Below the pieces are notes generated by a model that searched no databases, was not told the origin of the DNA, and saw only the letters and a program-made list of their open reading frames with translations. From Antedon mediterranea (taxonomy: Eukaryota; Animalia; Echinodermata), in the NCBI RefSeq assembly GCF_964355755.1, contig NC_092674.1, positions 26,474,001-26,538,000 on the forward strand: DNA of 64,000 bases. The letters run 5' to 3'. Position numbers and translations under genes: made by a program. This document shows, one piece after another, positions 1 to 11,062 of the stretch. Position 1 is the first letter of the stretch; the number at the start of each line of letters is the position of its first letter.

Positions 1-625
1 TGGTGGCGGACGGAAGCAAAACAAAATATAAATACAGAACTCTGATCAGAACTACAGATGCATTTTACAGTATAAGTACAATGTGAAAGATTGTTGAAAC
101 AAATCAATGGAATTCAGTATGGTATAGCGAATCCTAAAACTGAAACCTAAAACTTACAACTAGTAAATCATTCTACAATACATTTTAGAAAGAGGTATCG
201 TTCTACCCATTATTATGATCCCATCTAATCAGAACCACAAAGTTAGTAAGTTTTACTAAACAATCCACCAATAATGATTAAATTCAATTCAATAAAACTT
301 TAACTTTATTATTCCAAACTGGGAAATTCGTTTTGTCGTCAACGTGGTAGACATAATATTCATAAAAATACACACACAAAATACAAAAACCACAACAATC
401 ATTTTAAAAATCTGAAATATTTTAAAATACCGTACACTACTAAAATAGACTTCTGTCACAAATACAGTACTGATAATCAATTAAGTTACAAATAGTCAAA
501 ATATGTTACCTAAAATGAACATTGTAACATTAGGCAACCACACTCCAAATTCATGAACACTGTACGACACAAATGTTACTTGAGAACATAATTAATATTC
601 TCGAAAAATGACATTGGTTTCAAAA

Positions 626-749
626 TAATATTGTATACACAATTTAACTTTCGATAAACCAATTATCAAGAACTCACAAATATCCGAAACGTAGCAAGTG
701 AGTACTTGATAATTGGTTTATGGAAAGTTAAATTTGTTATACAATAATA
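626..749. repeat. Short palindromic (MITE-like) element with ~50-bp arms
   Basis: AATTTAACTTTCGATAAACCAATTATCAAGAACTCAC is inverted as GTGAGTACTTGATAATTGGTTTATGGAAAGTTAAATT. Confidence 0.65.
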
Positions 750-1085
750 GAAGTATTTAAAACAAAGCTATATCAGAAGAGTTAAGTAAAAGATATAAGT
801 AAAGCGTCGTCTACATCGCTCTTATTAACAATGACGTCATTTGATTGGTTGTGAAAAACTATTATTTTCATCAAAGATAGCATAAAAAATGATCATATAT
901 ATTTCTAATGGTGAAATCTTATCTAATGTCTTTTGTTTTATAAGCAAATGCATATTTATTTAGTAACCGTCGTCAATCATTATCGTCCTAGAAATGGGCC
1001 TACACATTTTCCAGACGCACAGCAAATATGAAATAATTTTTTTATATAACAATTACATTTACACCTACGGTAGCACGCGTCCGAG

Positions 1086-1215
1086 TTTATTTTATTAGCT
1101 TTAATCTTTCCGTACATTTAATTTTTCTTCTTTTTTTTTGTTTACGTGATATGGTAACAATCGTGAATACAAAGCAACACATAATACTCCACCAGTCTTT
1201 TGAGACTTACATGTA
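1086..1215 (-). pseudogene. Decayed copy of the last exon of the MFSD8-like gene
   Basis: TGATATGGTAACAATCGTGAATACAAAG(C/G)AACACATAATA is shared with 11127-11166. Minus-strand translation is VLCVALYSRLLPYHVNKKK versus ILCVPLYSRLLPYHVRKKK. Confidence 0.8.
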
Positions 1216-1299
1216 CTCAAATGCAAGTATTCATTTATTTTTAATTTGATTTTCCTCCAGATAAAGAATATTTTCGTCGATTTCCATCAGTATTTTTAC

Positions 1300-4200
1300 T
1301 TATGTTACTACGTCTCCAACTTTTTTCCCTTTTGGTAAACATTTACCAAATGACATACAGACAAATTCGACAATCTCAATGATTGTCATCACGCTCATTC
1401 CACATAGCAATCCCATCAAGCCACCAATGTCACCTTCAAAAAAAGACACACAAGATAATTGAACTATACATAAGTTTGACTGCACCAATTACATATACTT
1501 TTATTATCACGATGTCAAATGTATGCTGTCTACACTATAAAAGTAGTTTGAAAAAAAGTGTGATGTGCCCACTCGATGTGCCTAAATATAGTAATGATTT
1601 ACCTAAATATGGTCATCAAGACCATAAAACGGTACATCACATTTTGTTTGATAAAGTTTGATAGTGCAGACAGAGCTTAAGTAATTTGGGAATGTTTGGC
1701 GCTACATCATCATACTGATGCATATACCTGGTAGTGCTACCCGGTAGCATACATTTTTTCCTATGATGTTAAAGCAGAAATCATGAATTATTCATTAGAA
1801 TAATTATGACACAATATGGGACATTATAGAAAGCGATATATAAGCATGGAGAGAGATTAAGTAATATGTGTAAACAGCTTTTGCTAACCGAAATGTTTAG
1901 TCTAGTGGTAAAGACTTTTTAAAACTTCTTAGAATGGAGCCATCGGTTCGAGGTCTATCAAGAACCTGCTTTTTTTTAATAGTTGAGAGAGATTATTTAG
2001 AGGCTTAGGTTTAGTATATTTAAGAAGTAAATCAGCTATCTTGAAATTCTTTAGAATAGAAAATAATTAAGGTAATGAATTATTCATGATTTGAATGCTG
2101 AAAAATAATGATACCGGTAGCCACTTTGGTATCTCTGATGGATTTTGTGTTTGCATATATATTAATATTTACTAGGCCTACTGTATAAAAAAAATTAAAT
2201 CAATTAAATTACACAAATATAAAATAATAAAATAAAATAATAATAATAAAATTAAGATAAACTTACAAAGTAATTTGATTGGTGAATACGCTGGAACTTG
2301 TTCCACAAATTCATAACTTATATCTTCGTAATACAGATAAACGTCAAGATAGTTCTTTCTGTTAAAATATAGAAATAATTTAATTAGCTTTTCTTTTTTC
2401 GAAAAAGGCCGCGTTCTTATTCCGATTCCTTCTTCACAATCAAATAATAAAATCAATAATAGAAATAATTGCGTAATTTAAAAATGCATATACATTTTTA
2501 ATTGATGCAGGGTGACCCATATTGTTCATTTCATTTTCTTAGAATCATATCATCATCATAGGTATGATTACCCAGTCAGTCTCTGCTGACTGCTGGGTAT
2601 TGTTTCACAATTGCGCGTGGTGGTGGAAAATTATTTTTGAAGCCAAATGTTAAAATCGGTAAGGCCTCTAAACGCGGCGTCCGATTGTGTTGTGTGCTGC
2701 GCCATCTTGTGCCCCCCCCCCCCCCCCCCTAACCTGGCAAATTATATCTTGTTCGTGAGTTTGTTGTCGGAGGTCGGAGAAAGAGGCTAACCTGGTCGAT
2801 GCTTTTTGCTCTCCTGGGATTTTGTAATCTAGATGACGTCAGCCATGAACATACTCACCTGTCGGTTGTCTAAATGTTCATTCGGCTTAATGCAGCGGTG
2901 ATGAACGAACGGAACCAAACGATACCAAATGGAAACAAACAAAACTCAGAATGTTGCAAAGCCTACCAAACGAGAGTAGATAACTGTTTATTAATTATCA
3001 AAACTAATCTTTTCTAGCAGAAATCGTCCGATTGTATGTTAAAAACGATATATTTAGCAACCAACATGCTTGGTTCACTGAAACAATGCACAACCATTTA
3101 TAAATATATTTCAATAATAATATTTTTCCGATAATATAACCTATAATACATTTTTGTTGGTTTCGCATATAAAATCTTTTGAACAGACCATACTTTTCCA
3201 AAGTCTTAGGTGGTCTGGATTCTCAATCGAGATAAATGGAAATTTGAACCAGATAAATCAGTAATCTTCCCAATGTCGAGAAAAGTCGACACATTCCTAA
3301 CTTCCTAGCCCTCTAGGGTTTGGAAAGTAAAACAATGAGGTCAAGGGGTAAATTATATTTGCTTGCGAAATATGGAAACGCGATTTTTGCTATTTGAAAA
3401 TACTTCATAAAATCATTTGAAAAAAGTTTATTTTTTTTTAATTTGTTGTAATCATGATTGCATAGTAAGTACATAGAACTCACTAATTGATGTGCGAGGA
3501 ATTTTAGAGGAAAAGCTAGGCCAAGGCATGTAGCGATAGAAATTAATTCGCCTGCTGGAAACGTTCTTGGCATCATTGAAGAATGGATTGACATTAAGGA
3601 CTAGGCCTAGACAAACCGTATGGCAGGGGGTAAGAATAGTTTTTTTTTTGTCTTGTGTGGGTTCGTCCCACTTTTATTATAGTTCTATAAATATAAATAA
3701 TATATGTATATATGCACATTTATATAATTCTCTTATTTATAAGGTACATTGTTAAAAAATACATATCTTTTGAACAGTATATACATAAGACTAAGATTAT
3801 TTTGATGTTAAGAAGTAACCATATTTACATTCATATACATTTTTAAAAATACAATTAATTAAAATATGTCGATGGCAGTAAACTGACGATAAAAATTGAT
3901 TTTAAAAAAAACGTACTTATGAAAAAGTTATTATTGTTGTTTTATTCTGTTCGTGTCCATTGTCTGGGTAGAGAGGCTATAAACTCAGGGGAAGAATATA
4001 AAGAATCTTCCCTTTTCACCAAGAAAAAATGGATGAGATGAAAACGAAGAATGCAAAAGCTTGAAAAAAGGGTGTTTAGAATGGATAGGATAGAATGATA
4101 TATATAGTGAAAACCGTAAGGTTAGAGTCCATACACAGTGCAGGGGGTAAGAATAGTTTATAATTTCACATAAGGATATGGTTTTTACAATCATACTTGC

Positions 4201-7200
4201 TTAGATAAATGCACGTATATGTATTTATAAATGAAAATTTATTATCAAATGTTTATATTTCGTGTTTATTTACCTCCGCTAAGGGACTCAAGGAGGTATA
4301 TGTAATCGGTCGCGTGTGTTTGTTTGTTTGTCTGTTTGTTTGTTTGTTAGCAGGATTACTCAAAAAGTAATTACAAGATCTTTACCAAAATGAATATACA
4401 GATAGATATGTGGTCAAGGACCATTCCATGGTCCCAATTCTGGACCACTTTTAATATACTTTTCAGACCCGCTAGTGTTAAAAGATTTTTCAAAAGCCGG
4501 CGATATCATCATTTACAGGTGATATGTTTTGGAATGTCAGCTGTTATGTAACAATGCTTTCTTTCTGTGCCGGCAGGCGGACACAAGTTCGTTACGTTTG
4601 TTTAATGTCGATAATTCAGGGTGGCGGATGATAAATAATTTCTCTTTGAGGCAGAGGTTGCATTTTTTGTTTGCGCTACTATATGCTTTAGTAGATGTCA
4701 AGATGCGCCATGAGATTGTATAGTCTCATAGGACAATAACACAGACTATACAATCTCATGGCGCATCTTGACATCTACTAAAGCATATAGTAGCGCAAAC
4801 AAAAAATGCAATCTCTGCCTCAAAGAGAAATTATTTATCATCCGCCACCCTGAATTATCGACATTAAACAAACGTAACGAACTTGTGTCCGCCTGCCGGC
4901 ACAGAAAGAAAGCATTGTTACATAACTGCTGACATTCCAAAACATATCACCTGTAAATGCTAATTCTACAAGTAAATGTGCTTATAAGCAGCGTTGTAAT
5001 TGGTTCTTCTCATTATAGTCTCCTGATGAGTGAGTTGCACGACTCACGAAACAAGCCTGTAGAGACCAAACTGTAGTTTTTACTTCTTTTCCAGACTTAA
5101 CGTATATTTTAGCTCTACTTTACCGTATTGAGCACTTTCTAAACGGTTACATTGAACCGAACATTTATATATATATATATATATTTTCCCGGAGAAATTT
5201 TATGTAGAATAATTTTACAGTAGGCGGAGGTATGCACTCGACTCTCGGAACGGCTTTCTAGTTACTAACAAATTTGCTAAGTAGCCTAGCCAAAAACAAA
5301 CTTCTTTAGTACAGTACTTTCATTTACAATTTTCTTATAGATATTTTTAACATGTATATCAAAAGATAGCACATTTATTAAGAAATACTTGCTTTTAGAA
5401 AATGTTTTTCCTAAAACTTGAAAAAAATATGTAAACAGCTACATGAAAGAAACAAAAATCAACCTCTAAAAATGTGAAAATGATCACTATCAAAAAAGAA
5501 TGCGTTTTCATGTGAACTGCGCTTAAAAAAACTCCGGTATGATAGTAGTTTTAATAAATTTAGTAGTAATTGGGAGATAAAAGACATTGAAGCCCACATA
5601 AAAGCTTTGAAATGATGGATCCTCTTAATGAATGGTAGAAACTTCGTTGTTAAAACGCTTCCAAACTGAATGACATTGCAATTATCTTTCAGTACCTCAC
5701 AAAGTTTTTAACATATAAATAAATTAGTGGTTTTTGGCGTTTTTAGTCGCGACTCTACAGCTCATTATGTCTGCAGCTATGTATAGGCCTACTCTGGCCT
5801 TGTTTGGAAAAGAGCTGAAGTTATGAGGTGTCGTATCTGAATTTATTTAGCACGTTTGAAAATATTTTATCTTTCATTTTGTTGAATCGGCGAAATAGCG
5901 ATGTGGAATAACATTCCTTTGAATGAACTTTGATCTTTGCTTGAAATCAACTTATTTATTATTTGTTATTTATACTGGGTGACCTCTTCAAAGTTATAAA
6001 GGGTCCAGTTATGATGAATGACTCTGTGTGACAATGGTTGTATCTTTCTTCTGATTGCGTTACTGAGGTTTGATCTTAACGACCGGTAAATGAAAAATAA
6101 ATCAATGTTACATGCTAACACAAAACCGTTTACGAAAATGCTTTAAGGAATTACATGTATATAAGTTTTAAAAAAACATGAATGTAAACAAATGAGAAAA
6201 AAAACAATGTTAGGAAAAACAAATGTTATCGGATTAATAAAGAAAGTGTGATAAGAATATATTTATATTTATAGTTGAATAAAAGTAAAACTTAAGTAAG
6301 CGGATGAAAATAGTAAGGGTTAATTACTATCCATGTAAAGAATACTACACACTATTGACCACTTTTGTGTTGACAACCATGTCCATGCTTGATGCAACAA
6401 ATAAATAGTAAATAATATCTTACTTTATCGTCTCTGTGGACTTATTCAAATGGTGCTCGAGATGTTCCAAGAAGTGATCCCCCGGCCATAAGGCAGATGA
6501 TACCTTGGTAGAGTATTCCTTATATTGGCATCCAATCCGACATTTACAGTGTGTGTTCGTTTGTACAATTTTTTCTAAGATTAAAACATTGCAACATTTA
6601 GTTAATGGTTTGAACGTGTCATGTCCATGCTGTAAGTTCATGTAAGAATTCAATAGTAGTAAGTAGTAGTAAATTTCACACAAAAGATTTTTTTTTAATA
6701 ATTCAAATAATAAAATTTCTTATTTAAAACATAAATTGAATGAACATTTTAGATTTCACATACCTGCCTCTGGTACTACACATTCGACTGCCTCCTCTAC
6801 AGTACAGTTCTTCTGGTCCGAATATCCTTAAAAAATAAGTTATATAAGAGAATATATCATTCAAAGCGTACCTGCATACGTCATTAAAGCTTACCTGGAT
6901 ACGTCAATAAAGCTTACCTGGATACGTAATTAAGGCTTACCCGGATACTTCATTAAAGTTTACTTGGACACGTCATTACAGCTTACCTGGATACGTCATT
7001 AAAGCTTACCTGGACACGTCATTAAAGTTTACCTGGACACGTCATTAAACTTACCTGGACACGTCATTACAGCGTACCCAGATACGTCATTATAGCTTAC
7101 CTGGACACATCAGAGTGTAGCTTGCGTACCTGGATAAGTCATGTTAGCATACCTGGATAGAATGTGTGCCGACATCCACATTTTTCATATAGTACATCAG

Positions 7201-8609
7201 CAATGCATTCTTCTTCGCATAATGATTGAGTATAAACGTCAGAGTACTTTATACCCTCATCTACACATTCTGATGGATATGGTTTCTTGAGTGATTTATA
7301 CTACAGTAAATTAAACAGATTTTCAAAAAATATAGGCCTACCGTATATAAAATTGCCTTAAGCTAACAAGGTTTGTTTTTGTTTTCAAAGATGTACAATC
7401 TAAAACACGAAACGATTAAAAATCAATAATATGGGGAACAAATTGTGATTGTGATTTAAATACTGTAAATAACTCACAAGTATTTTTCGAAATGCAACCA
7501 ATGTTTCGTAACCAGGACCAAGTGCAAAACCAAACTGGCTAATAAGAGGGCGCTCTCCTTTGGTATGCACCAGCATCTGAAATTAAAAATAAAAATTAAT
7601 TCTGCTTTGTTTAGGAATTGTCATAAACAAAGTTTTTAAACAAAAAGTGTCAAAAAATTACCTTAAATCCTGCAGCAGAATTGGCCCCATGTGTATATTC
7701 ATGTTGTTCGATATTTAACCTCAAGTACAAGCCTCTGGATTTCCCAGACTTCTGCACCATGAGCCGTCTGGGGTTACTTTTATGATTAAAAGTATAACAA
7801 ACTCCAAAATCCGTCATAACCGTTGTAAAATTCAAAGGTCCGCATTCCTCGTACAGTTCCCATGTACACAGCTCAACCGCGCCTTCTACTGTGTGCGCAG
7901 TTTTACGAATTAAGTCCTCTGCAACGATTGTTGTGTTGATTTCCGAGAAATCAGCGGTAAATATATCAATTCCATCCTCGACCAATCCGAAGAAACTGCC
8001 CAACATAGAGAGTTCATTTGGCGTGGTTACCGAAAGTCTCGCGTGGTTGTAGTTACAGAATGTGACTGACGGAAATTCCAGCTCATCTAATTGTTTTATT
8101 GCAATTGTTGTTGACATTGGCCGAGAGAAGAAATAAAGTATATTCTCGAAAGCATAGACTCCGAGAAGACTGATTGCCCCTGCCAAAAATATGAACCACG
8201 CACATCTGAAAGTAGTGTTAAACATATCGCAAATACCTCCAGATTTATTCAGCAAATATAATCAATTAATTGCTAGGACCTTATGAAGAAATTAATTTTA
8301 TATGGCATTGTAATATTATAATCTTTTACATAAGATGAAAGCTCGTGGTTCCCACTGGGATGCAACGCAAGGAGGGAGTAAGCGCAACACAAGTAATTTG
8401 CCCAAATAGAAGTGATGGATTTTTGCAACTGTAGCTAAACAGAAATTTAAAAAAAAATACCTCTGTATGAAATGTGATTTCTTAGTGACGATATGATTAA
8501 CGCCATGAAGTGTGGTTTCTTCACCAAACCGACCTACAACGTCTTTAAAATATTCTGATTTGTCAGTTGTCTCTCCTTCATTCGGTAAATTTCTCTCCAC
8601 GGTATTCAT
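1300..8609 (-). CDS. DEG/ENaC family sodium channel (ASIC/BASIC-like), 8 coding exons: 8461-8609, 7662-8205, 7478-7576, 7153-7300, 6764-6826, 6424-6574, 2267-2358, 1300-1433 (~459 aa)
   Basis: Family motifs TTLHG (HG motif), FPSVTFCNYN, TDFGVCYTFN, a Cys-rich thumb, and TM2 LLCDIGGLMGLLCGMSVMTIIE. All introns are GT-AG with compatible phases and the summed CDS is 1380 nt. Confidence 0.93.
1888..1977 (+). repeat. tRNA-like / tRNA-derived SINE head remnant
   Basis: A-box-like TAGTCTAGTGGTAAAG, B-box-like GGTTCGAGG, then a T run. No clean cloverleaf. Confidence 0.35.
2567..3684 (+). mobile_element. Possible second HINE-type element with a CpG-rich interior
   Basis: 5' hairpin ACCCAGTCAGTC...GACTGCTGGGT followed by ATTGTTTCAC; 3' hairpin GTGGG-TTCGT-CCCAC followed by ATAGTT. 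Boundaries are uncertain. Confidence 0.4.
4510..5165 (+). mobile_element. 5'-truncated Penelope-like retroelement (GIY-YIG endonuclease C-terminus + 3' pseudo-LTR) with an inverted 5' copy
   Basis: + strand 4732-4932 reads DNNTDYTISWRILTSTKAYSSANKKCNLCLKEKLFIIRHPELSTLNKRNELVSACRHRKKALLHNC*, resembling a PLE endonuclease end. A hammerhead follows downstream, 4510-4726 is the inverted copy of 4743-4959, and the element ends in (TA)n. Confidence 0.8.
5018..5066 (+). ncRNA. Type I hammerhead ribozyme
   Basis: GUCUC (stem I) - CUGAUGA - GUGAGU/UGCACG/ACUCAC (stem II) - GAA - ACA/AGCC/UGU (stem III) - A - GAGAC (stem I'). The catalytic core is complete, with predicted cleavage after GUA at 5061. 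Confidence 0.9.
6858..7150. repeat. 23-bp intronic minisatellite (~11-12 units, CATTAAAGCTTACCTGGAYACGT)
   Basis: Direct tandem units fill most of channel intron 4. Confidence 0.92.
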
Positions 8610-11062
8610 TGTATGTGATTTTCAATCGGCATGTAGTGCTGATTAGCTGTATAGAGCAACTGGCAGAAGATGAATGAAGAGCATTTCATTTTAAGCGATT
8701 TTAAATGGTTCCACCAGCGACTGTACTTTCACTCGTTATTCACTGGTTATCAATTAGTCGTAACTCGTTATTTCAGATGATATAATCAATACATTACAAA
8801 CATTTATTTATTTAAGTCAAAGACATAATTAATGTAGACAAACATTTGGTTACTTAAGAAACACTAAAACAATATTATATGACCGGTATCATCGATTAAT
8901 ATTCTTACCTTAAGTGATTCTTTCATTAAGTGTTACCCCCTCTTTTTATGTGTGATCGATTGTTTAAAAATGTTGAATGTTGGAGCGGAAACAACTTGAT
9001 AAGGTAAATAACTGCATGTGTTCTACTAAAGCGTGGTTCCCACTAGCTAGCACGCAAGGCAACACAGCGACGTATCGACTGTTGTATTGCGTCAATCACT
9101 AATGGAACCGACGACGCGACAGTGCTGCAATCAGGTTTGATTTCACACAGGCGGGGAAAGCACAATTATTGGAAGGGCATTTTCTTACTTTGCGTAGGTT
9201 GCGTTACTTTGGCTAGTAAGAACTAATCGTATAAAATCAGGGAGATTAAAGATTTCATGTCCCAAAAAACATAAAAAATGAAGATTAATTAAATCAGACT
9301 TTGAATACGTTATTTTGTAGTTTTAATAAACAAAAAAAAACAAATAAAATAATGTGTTCTCATTATAAAATGACAAATAAATGGTCAAATTCAACCAAAC
9401 ATTGGCTGGCAGCCGATTTAACTATTTTTTGCTTTAAATTACATTTTTTTCATGTAAATACATTTTTTTTCGATTCAATTTTTTTTCAAAGTGGATAACT
9501 ATTATGTGACATCAAATGGCATATTCTACAACAACAATTAACAAAAATATTTTTCATCTTTAAACCAAAGAGTACGAACGAATACTTTAAAGTTTCAAAC
9601 AAAATCGAAGAAACAAACACCTTTTACTGTTAGTGCGTCGATCTTCAAGTGAAGATAAACTCAATCTAGAAAGCCATTCCTTTCCAAAAAGGTTTCGAAG
9701 CTGTGACACTAACGATGTCTGTTTAATAATATCCTTTAGATTCGGTGACCATAATAGAAAAATGAATATGTACAGTATTGAAAAAACATGAAAATTAAGA
9801 TTAATTTGTTTGCAGTTTTGATCAAGTTATTCACTTGTGTAGAAAAATAATTAGTTCACTCATAAAAAGACAAATAAATGGTTTATGAAACAAAACAAAA
9901 CATTGTCTGAGAAATCATTTATTACAGCTAAATACATTCTGGAATTTTTTTGTTGCAGGTCTTTCATTGACAGACCCTTGGTAACTGTTCCTTTTTGTTT
10001 TGTTTCATGAAGATCAGTTTCCTAAATTTCAACAATCTTCACGCAATTCAAATCAAAATAACTGATCCTTATTTATCCCAACATAAAAAAGTTACTTGCG
10101 CAAGGATTATTGGGTCATCCTAATCCCTATTAAGTAATGTGCTATTGTATAATTCAATCAATAGAAAATAAAGCTTAAACTGTATGTGACAACAAAAATG
10201 TGACCATAGACACGATGATTTCATATCACTACCATATTTTTGGGTTCAAACTTTTTTACGGCCGATTCATTCGTATTTCTTACAGTAATGAAAAAAAGAA
10301 CCCCTCCTCCTCCTCCTTTATCTCCTCCCTCCCCATCACCTCAGCCACCACTCTAGTCGTAACCAGACAAGACATGACAAACCGTAGAATGTTTGTTATC
10401 TACTATATGCCTATTAGTGGTGTAACCTAAGTATGTACTTATTTTTGCCTAAAACTTGTTTATTAACCTTGGAAATGAATGACATTAAACAGTATATTGA
10501 TTACAAACTCTAATGGATTCGATATTGTACATTATACAATATATTAAAACGAAATCTGATATGATTATATTTTCAATTAAATAATTTCTTATGTTTTTAC
10601 TGTACTTTACACACTATAACTTGGTTCCACTAGGATGCAACACTATAAGAGTAGATGTAATGCAAGCGAGTTGACCAATGACAAACAATAGTTTGAATAA
10701 TACATCGCTTGTAATTGGTCAAATCTTTTGCGTTGCGTTGCTTCTTACTGCGTCAAAGGACTTGCGTTGCGTCTTAGTGGAAGCCAAGCCCAAAATGAAA
10801 CCACGGCAGAAATGGTAAAAATAAGGAAACTACTGTGTAATTTTCATTAGGCCTACAATTAATACAATAAAATTCGAAATTGTTAATCTTGCATGAAGAA
10901 ATTGCTGTACACCGTGAGGGCGATCAAAGTATATTGATCGAAACGTCGAGAAAGTCAACAGTTCTTTTCAGAACTAAATATGAGTGATGTACCGCAAACT
11001 TTATATATAAACATCTAGTACTGTATTTCCTACAACACAATTATGAAATGATGAAAAATATA

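Larger units (their letters stand above)
4268..5263 (+). mobile_element. Helentron-associated non-autonomous element (HINE/DINE-like) interrupted by the Penelope-like insertion
   Basis: Subterminal inverted repeats ACCTCCGC (4272) and GCGGAGGT (5224), a 5' hairpin, a (TTTG)n tract, a TAGCAGGATTACTCAAAAA core, and a 3' end CTAGTT. Confidence 0.7.

Noticed and set aside
4529-4940. Twin 64-aa ORFs MECQ.. on opposite strands
   Set aside because: They are antisense readings of the PLE endonuclease fragment, duplicated by the hairpin.
9238-9265. CAGGGAGATTAAAG...TTTCATGTCCC possible footprint
   Set aside because: The right terminus and TSD are too degenerate to support it.
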